Shown here in pieces: positions 32,789 through 43,452 of a stretch of DNA of 64,000 bases. The DNA is taken from the NCBI GenBank assembly GCA_040220235.1, contig JAVJTO010000163.1. One strand, written 5' to 3'. The DNA comes from Coleofasciculus sp. B1-GNL1-01. GTDB lineage: Bacteria; Cyanobacteriota; Cyanobacteriia; Cyanobacteriales; Coleofasciculaceae. The notes under the pieces were generated by a model. That model did not search any database. It was not told where the DNA came from and saw nothing but the letters and a program-made list of their open reading frames with translations. A program made the translations under genes and the position numbers. Each line of letters opens with the position of its first letter. Positions within the stretch are counted from its first letter, which is position 1.

Positions 32789-33457
32789 ATGCGTCTTCCT
32801 TTACCCCAGTTTACGGCTGGAGAACGCCCTGATAATCACATTGCGGAAGTCATAGAAACGGCAACGACAGAATTTCTGGCACAATGCCTAGAGCCAGAAG
32901 ATTTGAGTTTTCCTGTCATGCCACCTTTTGGCAGTTGGGTCAAATCCGTTGATGAAGAATCGGGAAATCAGGTTATGGCAGTTGTTTACCATGCCACAAC
33001 TAGCCCGATTGATTCAGTTCACCGGGCTGTCGCGTTGGGATTGTCACTGGCAGAATTGCGAGAGCAACAACCGCAGATTTTTGCCATGCTGAAAACGGAG
33101 TTTCGGGCGGCGATTGTTGGGTTTATACCGCCTGGGGAGGGACATAATGGTGACCAACCCCCTAGAGGACGAGCTTATCAATATTTGCCTCCTCGTCCGC
33201 CGCAAATTCATCAAGCTGTCTATCAATGTCAACCCGACGAGATTGTTCATTTTAGTGAACAATTGGATTTTTTACGCACCCTTCTCTTAGTGACTGGAGC
33301 GCCAGTGGAAGCGTTAACGGCGGCAGCAATCCGAGAAATCTATCAAATCCGTAAGGGCGATCGCGACTGGTTAGTGCAAGCAGGGCGAACCTTAAGTGTT
33401 TTACTCAAGGATGATTATGACCGTTTACGGTATATTTTGAGTCAACTGCATTGGTAA
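32789..33457 (+). CDS. HAS-barrel domain protein
   Basis: IAEVIETATTEFLAQC, PPFGSWV and LPPRPPQIH motifs. Confidence 0.8.
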   Translation: MRLPLPQFTAGERPDNHIAEVIETATTEFLAQCLEPEDLSFPVMPPFGSWVKSVDEESGNQVMAVVYHATTSPIDSVHRAVALGLSLAELREQQPQIFAMLKTEFRAAIVGFIPPGEGHNGDQPPRGRAYQYLPPRPPQIHQAVYQCQPDEIVHFSEQLDFLRTLLLVTGAPVEALTAAAIREIYQIRKGDRDWLVQAGRTLSVLLKDDYDRLRYILSQLHW

Positions 33458-33630
33458 GTAGTGGCGTGGCACAGCTAAAATGGTGGATTAGCATTGTAGG
33501 GGCGCACGTCGGTCATCCGTGTCAACTTAAGCTCAACCCCTCACCCCCAGCCCCTCTCCCACGCCGGGGAGAGGGGAGTAAGAGATTCTGGACGCTAGAT
33601 TGAAACTGTCTTGACTTTTAACCGCTCCAG

Positions 33631-34707
33631 ATGATTCATCGCATTACATTTTCGTTGCTCAGTACAGTTCTTTTGTTGTCTTGCTCAACAAATCCTCAAC
33701 CCGTTTCTACTCCGGCTAATAGCCCAGACACGACAACAGTAGCAGAAACTCCTGATCAGCCATTGCCAGACACTATTAGTAATCAAGTCCAAGTTGCCCT
33801 TGCCGATCGCCTGAATGTTACTGTTGATCAACTAGAAATTGGTCGCCACAGCCGCGAAACCTGGTCAGACGGCTGCTTAGGGCTAGGGGGACCGGCTGAA
33901 TCATGCCTAGCTGCGCTAACAGAAGGTTGGCAAGTTGAGGTGATTGATACTCAAAGCGACAAACGTTATTTTTATCGAACCGATTTGTCAGGCGATCAGA
34001 TTCGCCTCTCTACCCTGGAAAACAATTTGCCGCCGTCAATCCGCGATCGCATCTTTGAAACCGCCCGATCCAGTGGATTGAAACCCTCTGAAAGTTTAGG
34101 AATTATCGATGCTGATCCCCAAACTTGGAATGGCTGCTATGGACTTGCTGATCCCAATCAACTCTGTACTGAGATTGCTATTCTAGGCTGGCGTGCTGTC
34201 ATCAGTGACGGTGTTCAATATTGGATTTATCACACGGATAACTCTGGTAATACGATTCGCCTCAATGAAACCGCCAGTAGTCGTGGTGCCGTTCCCAGGT
34301 TCATTCCCATGGTGAATCCCCGTATGCTGGGCGACGAAACAGTCTTCCAAAGCATGATCAGCCACGAGTCGGGTGAGCGAGAAACATTGATGTTGGAGAA
34401 TGATGAACGCTTGATTTATATTCAAGAGCGTGATGGCGAGGTGATGAATCAGGAAACTAAAACGGTTCGTCAATCGCAAATGCAAGCGCTGTTGCGTCAG
34501 CTTGAGAAGTCCAACTTTTCCCATTTCGACGGGATTCGCTATCAGCCACCCGTGTCAGATGATGATGAAGCGCCCAGGGTTACATTCACCGCCCGTTATG
34601 GCACTGTTGAGTATATCCAGTCTAATGTTGAAACATTGCCCACTGAACTACAAGCTGTGATTCAACAATGGACTGATGTTGTGGGAAAGATGGATAAAGC
34701 AGAATAA
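33631..34707 (+). CDS. Lipoprotein with two W(S/N)(D)GC-G-C repeat domains
   Basis: Lipobox LLLSC; TWSDGCLGLGGPAESC..GWQV and TWNGCYGL..C..GWRAV. Confidence 0.75.
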   Translation: MIHRITFSLLSTVLLLSCSTNPQPVSTPANSPDTTTVAETPDQPLPDTISNQVQVALADRLNVTVDQLEIGRHSRETWSDGCLGLGGPAESCLAALTEGWQVEVIDTQSDKRYFYRTDLSGDQIRLSTLENNLPPSIRDRIFETARSSGLKPSESLGIIDADPQTWNGCYGLADPNQLCTEIAILGWRAVISDGVQYWIYHTDNSGNTIRLNETASSRGAVPRFIPMVNPRMLGDETVFQSMISHESGERETLMLENDERLIYIQERDGEVMNQETKTVRQSQMQALLRQLEKSNFSHFDGIRYQPPVSDDDEAPRVTFTARYGTVEYIQSNVETLPTELQAVIQQWTDVVGKMDKAE

Positions 34708-34731
34708 AGACAAGGGATTAGGTTACGAACG

Positions 34732-35322
34732 ATGACAGTTGCTGTAGAGATTCGACGCTTAAGCGTGCAGGATTACCACCGCATGGTGGAGACAGGTATT
34801 CTGACACCGGATGAACAGGTAGAGTTAATTGAAGGACAGCTTTATCAAATGGCGGCTAAGGGTACGTTTCATAGTGCGGCAATTACCCGGATTAAACGAC
34901 TACTGGAGAGACGGTTGGGAAATCAGGTGTTGCTGCGGTTTCAAGACCCAGTACGGTTGAGCGATGATTCAGAACCCGAACCTGATGTGGCGGTGGTGCA
35001 ACCTGATCCATTAGATTATGAAGACCATCATCCCACACCGGAGGAAATTTATCTATTAATTGAAGTTTCTGACCGCACATTGAAACGCGACAGGGAATTA
35101 AAAGCACCAGCTTATGCGCGATCAGGTGTAAGAGAGTATTGGATTTTGGATGTTAATTCTCGGCAATTATACGTGTTTCGGGAGCCAGGGATGGAGAGTT
35201 ATAGAAACCAGGTGGTGTTGGCTGAGTCGGATTTAATTGCTCCTTTGGCATTTCCCGATTGTCAGGTGTCTGTTCAGGATTTGCTTAGGAGGAGTTCAGA
35301 GTTAATAGATGGGGACAATTAA
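34732..35322 (+). CDS. Uma2 family endonuclease-like protein
   Basis: EPEPDVAV, LIEVSD and YARSGVREYWI motifs. Confidence 0.9.
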   Translation: MTVAVEIRRLSVQDYHRMVETGILTPDEQVELIEGQLYQMAAKGTFHSAAITRIKRLLERRLGNQVLLRFQDPVRLSDDSEPEPDVAVVQPDPLDYEDHHPTPEEIYLLIEVSDRTLKRDRELKAPAYARSGVREYWILDVNSRQLYVFREPGMESYRNQVVLAESDLIAPLAFPDCQVSVQDLLRRSSELIDGDN

Positions 35323-35863
35323 AGTTACAGCTTTGATTCAATGTATTCTCGCCCTGCTTTTAGCCATTTGGGGCGTTAAGCTACTATTGCCAGACCGCAA
35401 TGTATGGGGCAATCCTCAATTTGAAACATTAATGATGCAATGTCAAATTCCATCGACAGAAGCAATCATTCGTTTATATCAGGGAAATGGAGGTGCAACG
35501 GTTGCTTATTGGTACTCCGTTACTTTTGATTATGGTAAATTTCTTGGAGAAAAACAGATTTTTTATGCTTATGCCTACCCCTCTATTCAATCCATTGATT
35601 GTCGTGCTGATGAAGTGACAGTGTTAGCCGATGAGCAATCCTGGACATTTAGCCTTAAAGAAATAAAAAATCAATTAATCAATCAACCCATAGGATTCTA
35701 TAAGGGAGAAACCCAACAAAAATCTATTCAACCGCTACGGATACTAACGTTGAGTTTTGGAGTATTATTAGAATTAATCAGCGTCTGGATTTTGAGCAGG
35801 AGTTTCAAACAATTTCGTGCTTCCCGACATCCTGGACATCCCCGCAATTCTCGGACTTCGTGA
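35309..35863 (+). CDS. Hypothetical membrane protein
   Basis: N- and C-terminal TM segments; overlaps the Uma2 stop. Confidence 0.6.
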   Translation: MGTIKVTALIQCILALLLAIWGVKLLLPDRNVWGNPQFETLMMQCQIPSTEAIIRLYQGNGGATVAYWYSVTFDYGKFLGEKQIFYAYAYPSIQSIDCRADEVTVLADEQSWTFSLKEIKNQLINQPIGFYKGETQQKSIQPLRILTLSFGVLLELISVWILSRSFKQFRASRHPGHPRNSRTS

Positions 35864-35932
35864 AATGTCCCAATTGCAGCAACACCCAAGTTTGAGAAAC
35901 AATACAACTATCCCGTATTACAAGTAGGAGTT

Positions 35933-36223
35933 ATGTCTGAACAGTTTACCCAACAAGTCAGCGATCGCATCTGTAAGCACATGAACGAGGATCATGCTGA
36001 CGCGATCGCGCTTTACGCCCGTACCTTCGGGAACTCTCCCGATACTGAGTCGGCTCAAATGCAGTCCATTGATGCGACAGGAATGAATTTAATCGCCCAA
36101 CATCAGGGTGAGTCGGTTCCCTTACGCATTGAATTTGATCACACCCTCAAAGACTCTGAAGACGCCCATCACACGTTAATTGACATGGTGAAGCAAGCCA
36201 GAGGTGCAGCTAAATCAACCTAG
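35933..36223 (+). CDS. DUF2470 (GluTR-binding-like) protein
   Basis: RICKHMNEDHAD motif. Confidence 0.88.
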   Translation: MSEQFTQQVSDRICKHMNEDHADAIALYARTFGNSPDTESAQMQSIDATGMNLIAQHQGESVPLRIEFDHTLKDSEDAHHTLIDMVKQARGAAKST

Positions 36224-36965
36224 CGACGTGATAAATTAACGGAGCGGCTATCAACGCGGGTAAAAAGGACGCAACACGGATGTGGGTCAACTGTAACAGG
36301 TTGATTCCCGTCCCCAAAATCATTAATCCCCCCACTCCGGTAATCAAGAGAATGCGGGGATCAGTGGCGGGATCAGGGATTGCTTGCGCCAAGACTCCCG
36401 CCACCAGAGAAATTCCGCCCTGATAGACGAGAATCACAATAATCGAAAAACCGACACCAATCCCAAAACTACTCGAAAGTGCGATCGCGGCGATTCCATC
36501 CATCACGGCTTTGAGTGTCAGCAAGGTATCGTCACCCGTCAAACCATTATTCAGACTCCCTAGCAACGTCATTGGACCGACACAAAATAATAAGCTAGCC
36601 GCCACAAATCCTTCCGTGAACGCACCACTTCCGCGAAATCGAGTCTTCAGCCAATGTCCCACCGATTGCAATCTAGCTTCAATTTGCCACCATTCTCCCA
36701 GTAATCCGCCCAACACAATACTAATCAGCGCCAACACCACACCATCAATGCGCCCTGCTTGCACCTGAGTCATACTCGCCGCCATGGTAACACCCAGAAA
36801 TAGGGTAAGAAGTCCTACTCCTTGGGTGATAATTTGTTGCATGGGTTTAGGTAAACGGTGCTTCAGTAACAACCCGATTGTTGTACCAATCGCTACCGTT
36901 ATCACATTAATCCAAGTGCCGCTTGTCTTAGCAAAGAAATCAGTCAGCAAAACATTAACTGTCAA
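36210..36965 (-). CDS. DUF554 membrane protein
   Basis: GTWIN, EGFVAASLLFCVGPM and KAVMDG motifs. Confidence 0.9.
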   Translation of the reverse strand: MTVNVLLTDFFAKTSGTWINVITVAIGTTIGLLLKHRLPKPMQQIITQGVGLLTLFLGVTMAASMTQVQAGRIDGVVLALISIVLGGLLGEWWQIEARLQSVGHWLKTRFRGSGAFTEGFVAASLLFCVGPMTLLGSLNNGLTGDDTLLTLKAVMDGIAAIALSSSFGIGVGFSIIVILVYQGGISLVAGVLAQAIPDPATDPRILLITGVGGLMILGTGINLLQLTHIRVASFLPALIAAPLIYHVARLI

Positions 36966-37245
36966 CGTTAATAATGGCGTGTGATAGTTCCCCTTCTCCC
37001 TTCAAGGGAGAAGGGGTTAGGGGATGAGGGTGAAATGCTCCCCCTGTATTGGTTTTCACCTTAAGTTGGCACCAATGACCAACATGCGTCCGATTCAATG
37101 GTAAGGTCAATTCCATCATTGTAGCGGTTAACAACTTGAACGCTGACAACAAACGCACAAGTTAATCAATCTCAAGGCTAAGGTTCCCTTACTACAAACC
37201 TAATCTAATATAGTATTTAATCCATCTTGGCTCAAGGACTGTTCT

Positions 37246-38034
37246 ATGGCTTCTCCCTTTCCCGGCATGAATCCTTATTTAGAAAATCCGGCATTTTGGC
37301 CAGAAGTACATAATCGCTTAATCGTCAACCTTGCCGACTCCTTAGCCTCGCAAATTCCGCCACAATATCGGGTGGCAATTGAGCAGCGCACCTATTTAAG
37401 TGATGCGTCAGATTCAGTTTTGGTAGGACTTCCTGATGTGTCTGTATTTTCTCAACAGAAGAATACTAAACCAACGGCATCAACAGTAACCTTTTCCTCG
37501 ACATCTGAAGCTGTAACGGTGACAATGCCTGTACCCGAGCCTATCAAAGAAAGTTATTTAGAAATTCGCGAAATCGCCACCAATTATGTTGTGACAGTGA
37601 TTGAACTTCTATCGCCTAAGAATAAACGTGCAGGTGAGGGGAGAAAAGCTTACGAACGGAAGCGCAAAAAAGTATTAGCGACGACTGCTCATCTCGTCGA
37701 AATTGATTTACTTCGAGGAGGAAAGCCGATGGTATTTTTAGGCGAAGTCCCTCTTTCAGATTATCGAATTGTGGTGAGTCGAGGCGATTGCCGCCCTCTG
37801 GCTCAATTGTATGCTTTTAGCGTGCGAGATGTGATTCCCTCGTTTCGATTACCGTTACAGTCAGAGGATACAGAACCTCTGGTGGATTTACAAACGTTAT
37901 TGAATGGTGTATATGAACGTGCCAGATATAATTTAGCGATCGCTTATAATCAAGAACCCGTTCCATCATTGCCGGAAAACGATGCGGTTTGGGCAGATAG
38001 ACTCTTGCGAGAAACAGGGCATCGAAATAACTAG
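37246..38034 (+). CDS. DUF4058 family protein
   Basis: MASPFPGMNPYLE, IELLSPKNK and HLVEIDLLRGG motifs. Confidence 0.9.
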   Translation: MASPFPGMNPYLENPAFWPEVHNRLIVNLADSLASQIPPQYRVAIEQRTYLSDASDSVLVGLPDVSVFSQQKNTKPTASTVTFSSTSEAVTVTMPVPEPIKESYLEIREIATNYVVTVIELLSPKNKRAGEGRKAYERKRKKVLATTAHLVEIDLLRGGKPMVFLGEVPLSDYRIVVSRGDCRPLAQLYAFSVRDVIPSFRLPLQSEDTEPLVDLQTLLNGVYERARYNLAIAYNQEPVPSLPENDAVWADRLLRETGHRNN

Positions 38035-38755
38035 GGGTTGCTGAATAAGTCTTGTAGTGGGGTAGGGAGCAGGGGAAGCCGGGGAAGCCGGGGGAGCAGG
38101 GGGAGCAATGATACATTTTCCCTGATAGTGGTGCAAGGGTATGAAAGGGTTTTACCTTATGTTCTTGAAGATGAGCCAATGTCCATGCTACTCAAAGCCT
38201 TGATAGATAAGGGTTTTGGAGTTTTGCAGCAAGCCCTATAGCGCTACGCGCTAGGCAATAGGCAATAGGCAATAGGCAATAGTGAAGACAAAAGCTTACC
38301 TGAAAAGGGATTGAGCGATTTTAATTTTTCTTGATTTTGTCCTAACGTGTGTGCGTAGTGCTATAACTAAAAATTAGGACTTGCTACGAGAATATACAGC
38401 AGATTTGGTGGTTGATGAGGTACAGTCTCTAAGCAAAATCCCCTACTTCTTCAAGAAGTCGGGGATCTGTCTGTGTAAGCTGTTCGGCATTTAAACCTTA
38501 ATATCAATAACGGCGAAAGCCTTGTAGTGCGTTTAGCGAAGCCATGCCGAAGGCTTTGCATCTTGCTCGCTACTAATACCCAATTTAAATGCATGACAGC
38601 TTACCTCACTTACTTGAAAAGCGCTGTATCATACCAAATCCCGGTTGGCTACCCCCTCTATAACCCAGTCCGCGCAGGCGGACTTTGTTTGTGTAGCTGC
38701 GATTTCAATCGCCCTGGCAAAAGGGGGTTCCTACTACAAGCCGGACACGTCTCTA
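38031..38755. mobile_element. Nest of tandem and nested MITE/REP elements
   Basis: TIR pairs tagggGTTGCTG..CAGCAAGCCCTA, TATAGC..GCTATA and TAAGCTG..CAGCTTA, plus the AGATCCCC hairpin; copies elsewhere in the window. Confidence 0.75.
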
Positions 38756-39067
38756 CAGAATTGGCTCTTCGACAGAGACAGATTTCACATCCACCGTCGC
38801 TTCCGGTGCGGTACTGGTTTCTTCCGTGACGACTCCCGCTTGGCGAGATTTAGCCAAATCAATCAACCACTGCGACATCTCAGACACCAGCAGTGTCAGC
38901 ACGACAACATCATCAATTTGCCCGACAATCGGAATCAAATCTGGGGCGATATCAATGGGACTAAACACGTAAAGGATAGTACCTAAAACTATCCACCAAC
39001 GGTATTTAGGATTGCGAACCGCGTTACGATACCAGTTATATATGGATTGGATTGAAAAATTATTCAT
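38753..39067 (-). CDS. YkvA/DUF1232 family protein
   Basis: YVFSPIDIAPDLIPIVGQIDD. Confidence 0.9.
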   Translation of the reverse strand: MNNFSIQSIYNWYRNAVRNPKYRWWIVLGTILYVFSPIDIAPDLIPIVGQIDDVVVLTLLVSEMSQWLIDLAKSRQAGVVTEETSTAPEATVDVKSVSVEEPIL

Positions 39068-39225
39068 CAGTATTCCCCGACAGCTACTTTTCATCTTGCC
39101 AAATTCATCCCGGAATCACTGGGGGGATAACCCACCTGTTCAGGTGCAGAACTTACACCTATTGACGTGAGGGGGAGAGTTTGATGCGACTGGGATTTGC
39201 TGGGGATGAGGGGAATCGCGCTTGG

Positions 39226-39391
39226 TTACTGTTTAACCTCATCACACAAAGCCTGATCACTCTCTGGGGCGTTGTATTCTAGATAATCCTCAACCCAAGC
39301 ACAAGCCTCCTGCATGAGTGCATCTAGCGTTAAATCCTCTAAATTCCACAACCTCACTGTTTTATCCCCACTAGCAGAAGCAATCGTGTTT
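39226..39391 (-). pseudogene. Orphan C-terminal fragment of a WD40-repeat protein
   Basis: GNTIASASGDKTVRLWNL..LMQEACAWVEDYL is the typical tail of cyanobacterial WD40 proteins; it is cut by the IS end. Confidence 0.85.
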
Positions 39392-41529
39392 CCCGCATTT
39401 CTCACCAACTAATTCTATAAGTCAATTTGCCGCTTAAAAGTTGAGCTTTTTAAAGAAGAATGTAAAAATTCCAATTTATCAAACAAAATTATCCTTAAAT
39501 TGCCAATCCTTACCTGTTTTTTCCACTAAAATTAAGTTGCTGACGCCAAGTTTCCACGACAAAACCGACTGAAAAAAGATTCAGTCACCTCAAAAATCAT
39601 TGAGTTGTTATGGAAGCCGAAAAATTAAGAAGTATTGGGAATAGCTTGAATTCTGGAATGAGCAATAGCTAAAATCTCTTGATAAGGACAAGAACTGGAT
39701 ATGGTAATAACAATCCTTCTCACACTAACCGTAATTCTCGCTCCTAATTTAATAAAATTGAGGCGAATTGTTCCGACAGTTGCTTTGGACAAAGGAGTTT
39801 TTCTCAAACCGTGATAACGAAAAGCTTGCATCAAAACATAAGCTATTGAAGATAACCACAGGCGGAGTTGATTACTTTGAAAGGTCTGAGTGGAAGTTCG
39901 GTCAGCAAATAAGTCTAACTGTTGTTCTTTAATCCGATTTTCCATTTCCCCTCTCGGACAATATTGTTTAGTATAAAGTTGAGAAGGCGTAATTTGAGAA
40001 GGAGGTAAAGATGTGACGACATGACGAAACTCTAACCCTTCACTCCCATAAACCACTTTTGTTACCACTCGTCTTTGACGACTCCATGACTTTTCAGTTT
40101 GATAGTAGATAGAGCGAAACCAAGTCGCGTTGGGAACTAACTTTCTCACCTCTTCTAAGTCTTCATCCTTAGAGAAAAGACTATCCATCAATTTAGTGAC
40201 TGGCAATAACTTCTCTTCGTATTCGTTCTTTGCTTTTTCAATAAGATTCGTTGCTCGTAACTTCAATTGGCTATTTGTTGCCATTGCTATCACATAATTT
40301 CCCCCTTCTTTCTCTTCACAAAAGTTCATAATTTTTTCACGAGCATAAGCACTATCGCCTCGCACTATTATCTGCGTATTATGCCATTTCTCTCGAATTA
40401 AACTAATGATTCTCTGTAGTTCTTCCAATGCTCCTTCGGCTGGGTCTACATTAGAAGGACGTAATCGTGCCACTAATAAATGATGCCCACAGAAGATATA
40501 TAAAGGTGCATAGCAAACTCCTTTATAATAAGCATTAAAAAATGCTCCCTCTTGATGTCCATGCACTTGGTCATCAGTCACATCCATGTCTAAAATGATT
40601 TGTTGAGGAGGGGTTTGATAAGACTCTAAAAAAATGTCTACGAAGGCTTTCTTGATTTCTTCCGGGTTAGCTTCAATGCGATGATAGCGGGACTCTTGTT
40701 GTTGAAGGATTGTTTCCGGACAATATTCAAGCCGATTTAAGGTACTCTTCCCAGCTAAAATGGCTGATGGTGAGTCATAAAAATTGAGCTTTTCTAAAGC
40801 TATTGCCAAGGCAGGGTCATAGCGTAATTGGTCATGGTCATTGACATCTTCATAACCTAAAGCAATGCCATAAACTCTTTGAGCGAGTAATTGATGAACT
40901 GAATAATTTAAATAAGATAAATGCCGATGGTCTTGAAAACATCCTGCAAATCTTGCTGTAATTCTTAGTTTTTTATCTAACTCTGCTAACCAAACTATTC
41001 CTGCATCGGAGCTGATTTGACCCCCGTTAAAGTTAGCCAGGATTTCTTTCCCTTTCTTTTTCCCAAAGTTGAGCGGATGGTCATTCCTTTGAGATAAGTT
41101 AGCAATCATAAATCAAACTATTTGGCTTTCTCTATAACTAAATTATATCAGGTTTTATGAATTTTATTCTCAATTTAATTGTTCAAATCCTATTTGAGTT
41201 CATCAAGAAAAATTAATTAGCGTAAACTTTACGCTAATTAGGCTAAAACGCACTTAAATTGTGTATTCCCTGTTGCCTGTTTTCTGTTGCCTTTCAAGGT
41301 TTTAGGTGTCCCAATTTAAATGCCGAACAGCTTAATTCTTTTTACTAAAGCTATATTCCAAAAATATGAGCATCAATTTGCTTTTTTTATTAGGTTGAGG
41401 AGCATGATTATTCAGAGGCTTGAAGGTGCAACACACTGTTGTGTGCGGCTGGGGGGAATAAATGGGCTTAAATCCTTGTCTGGCAAGGTTTTTGTGATTT
41501 GCGATCGCGCTTCTTGTGAGAAATGCGGG
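39392..41529 (-). mobile_element. IS1380-family insertion sequence
   Basis: Perfect 14-bp inverted repeats CCCGCATTTCTCAC (39392) and GTGAGAAATGCGGG (ends 41529) around the transposase; AT-rich. Confidence 0.88.
39625..41109 (-). CDS. IS1380 family transposase
   Basis: FNGGQISSDAG, GYEDVNDH, LDMDVTDD..HGHQEG, VRGDS and RGEMENRIKE motifs. Confidence 0.95.
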   Translation of the reverse strand: MIANLSQRNDHPLNFGKKKGKEILANFNGGQISSDAGIVWLAELDKKLRITARFAGCFQDHRHLSYLNYSVHQLLAQRVYGIALGYEDVNDHDQLRYDPALAIALEKLNFYDSPSAILAGKSTLNRLEYCPETILQQQESRYHRIEANPEEIKKAFVDIFLESYQTPPQQIILDMDVTDDQVHGHQEGAFFNAYYKGVCYAPLYIFCGHHLLVARLRPSNVDPAEGALEELQRIISLIREKWHNTQIIVRGDSAYAREKIMNFCEEKEGGNYVIAMATNSQLKLRATNLIEKAKNEYEEKLLPVTKLMDSLFSKDEDLEEVRKLVPNATWFRSIYYQTEKSWSRQRRVVTKVVYGSEGLEFRHVVTSLPPSQITPSQLYTKQYCPRGEMENRIKEQQLDLFADRTSTQTFQSNQLRLWLSSIAYVLMQAFRYHGLRKTPLSKATVGTIRLNFIKLGARITVSVRRIVITISSSCPYQEILAIAHSRIQAIPNTS

Positions 41530-41615
41530 TTTGCAAGCGGCGAGAAATCCCTAGAATTGGAGTGGCTTGCATTTTAGCAGGGACTACTATACTAAGCAAT
41601 CAAGGGAGGTTGAGA

Positions 41616-42575
41616 ATGGATATGGATATTGTTGCGATTATTGAAAAGGGCGGAATCGCTATATGGCCCCTGTTAGGACTTTCGATCCTGGCTGTGGGGA
41701 CAATTTTTGAACGCCTGTGGTTTTGGGGGGGAATTCTATTGAAACAAGAGGAAGTCGTCAATCGGGTGCTGGATGCAGCCACTCAAAACTGGCAGGTGGC
41801 TAGAGAAATCGCGCTGAAATCACGGCGACAACCCGTGGGACGATATTTATATGCTCCCTTACGCCTGATTAGCCCCGAACCGGAATTATTCCGCTTGGCT
41901 TTAGAGGGGGCGGCTGATGATGAGTTAGCGGCGATGCGGCGCGGCGATAAACTATTAGAAGCCGTGATTGCCTTGTCTCCGCTGTTAGGGTTACTGGGGA
42001 CGGTACTCGGTTTAATCAACTCCTTAGGCTCTATTACTATTGATCAACTGGGTACAGCTTCCACCGCTGGGGTAACGTTGGGAATCGGGGAAGCCCTGAT
42101 TAGTACGGCGACAGGACTGATTATTGCAATTACCAGTTTGGCATTTTATCGACTGTTTCAAGCCTTTTGGTTTAACCAAGTCAAAATATTCCGCAAAGCG
42201 GGGACAGAGTTGGAATTGCTGTATCGCCAAGATTGGTTACAGGCTGAGGATAGTGATCAAATGCTGAACGATACCCTCCCAGAGAATCACGTTAACGTTT
42301 ACCCAGAGAGTTTTGAAGCTCCCAAACACGATCGCACTCCACCCCCAAAACCTCAATCCCAGCCAAAGCCGGACGATCGCACTCCCGTCACCAAGGCTAA
42401 GGCTACCCTAGACAATAACGTGGCTTCAGACCAGTCTCCAGTTCAAGAAACTGATCGCACTCCTGTCGCCAATACTAAAACCAACCCAGATGATAACGTT
42501 GACCCAGATCAGTCTCAAGTCTCGGAAAGCGATCGCACGGCTGTCCCCAACCCCCCAGGAAAGCCAGAAAATTAA
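41616..42575 (+). CDS. exbB: MotA/TolQ/ExbB proton channel protein
   Basis: [12 protein letters not shown] and [10 protein letters not shown] motifs; repetitive C-terminal tail. Confidence 0.88.
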   Translation: MDMDIVAIIEKGGIAIWPLLGLSILAVGTIFERLWFWGGILLKQEEVVNRVLDAATQNWQVAREIALKSRRQPVGRYLYAPLRLISPEPELFRLALEGAADDELAAMRRGDKLLEAVIALSPLLGLLGTVLGLINSLGSITIDQLGTASTAGVTLGIGEALISTATGLIIAITSLAFYRLFQAFWFNQVKIFRKAGTELELLYRQDWLQAEDSDQMLNDTLPENHVNVYPESFEAPKHDRTPPPKPQSQPKPDDRTPVTKAKATLDNNVASDQSPVQETDRTPVANTKTNPDDNVDPDQSQVSESDRTAVPNPPGKPEN

Positions 42576-42690
42576 AACTCTGATTGTCTTGATATCCTGA
42601 GTGCAGCTTGGCAATCAATGCCCATTTCTCACAGATACCAAAGCAGACATCATCAACCCGTACAGTTTGCCCGATTTTGACCTTTAAATA

Positions 42691-43452
42691 ATGACAACAC
42701 TACGCCAGTCACCCCAGCCGCGAACCAAAAAACAACGCGCCGCTTTTGTTCCCCCATTACCCCGCCCCTTAAACTTGCGGATGGATTCCCCCACGGAAGA
42801 AGTTCGCATCGAGATCGTACCGCTCATTGATGTTATCTTCTGTATCTTGACCTTCTTTATCCTGGCAGCCGTGGGGCTATCGCGCCAACAAGCCATTAAT
42901 GTGGATTTACCCAAAGCCAGTACCGGAACCGCCCAGGGACGACAAATTCTGATGATCAGTCTAAATGAATTGGGGCAAGTGTATGTGGAAAAAGAGGAGA
43001 TGATCACTCAAGAGAAGTTTATTCAACAACTCCAAGCTTACAAGCAACAAAACCCCAGTGGCGTGTTTGTCCTCTACGCTTCCCCCAACGCCATGTATAA
43101 CGAAGTTGTGCAAGTCTTAGATTTGCTGCGGGAAGTCGGGGGCGATCGCGTGGCGCTAGCTAATTCACCCGGACAATCGCCGCAATTTCCGGGAACGAAT
43201 CCCATGTCTCCGCCAACTGGAGTCCCCGAATTTAACCCCAATCCTGGACAACTGCCAATGAATCCTGATGGCACATTTAATCCTAATTTGCCGCCTCCAT
43301 TTCCAGGGATTCCGGGTCAATCTCAATTTGGATTACCCCAACCGAATCCAGGGGGTTTATCCCCGTCTCCGGGACAATTCCCCATCAATCCTGGTGGTTC
43401 TGTTCCACCCAATTCTGGCGCACCCACGTCACCGCAGCCGCAAGGGGAATAA
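42691..43452 (+). CDS. exbD: ExbD/TolR biopolymer transport protein
   Basis: IVPLIDVIFCILTFF and VDLPKA motifs; Pro-rich tail. Confidence 0.88.
   Translation: MTTLRQSPQPRTKKQRAAFVPPLPRPLNLRMDSPTEEVRIEIVPLIDVIFCILTFFILAAVGLSRQQAINVDLPKASTGTAQGRQILMISLNELGQVYVEKEEMITQEKFIQQLQAYKQQNPSGVFVLYASPNAMYNEVVQVLDLLREVGGDRVALANSPGQSPQFPGTNPMSPPTGVPEFNPNPGQLPMNPDGTFNPNLPPPFPGIPGQSQFGLPQPNPGGLSPSPGQFPINPGGSVPPNSGAPTSPQPQGE

Noticed and set aside
32789..33457. HerA-NurA defence or repair operon
   Set aside because: Stand-alone HAS-barrel gene with no helicase or nuclease partner nearby.
38038..38829. Short ORFs 38038-38241 and 38527-38829
   Set aside because: They are composed of MITE/STRR sequence.
41523..41615. 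Extended exbB N-terminus
   Set aside because: The ATG at 41523 lies inside the IS1380 TIR; 41616 has a GGGAGG RBS.
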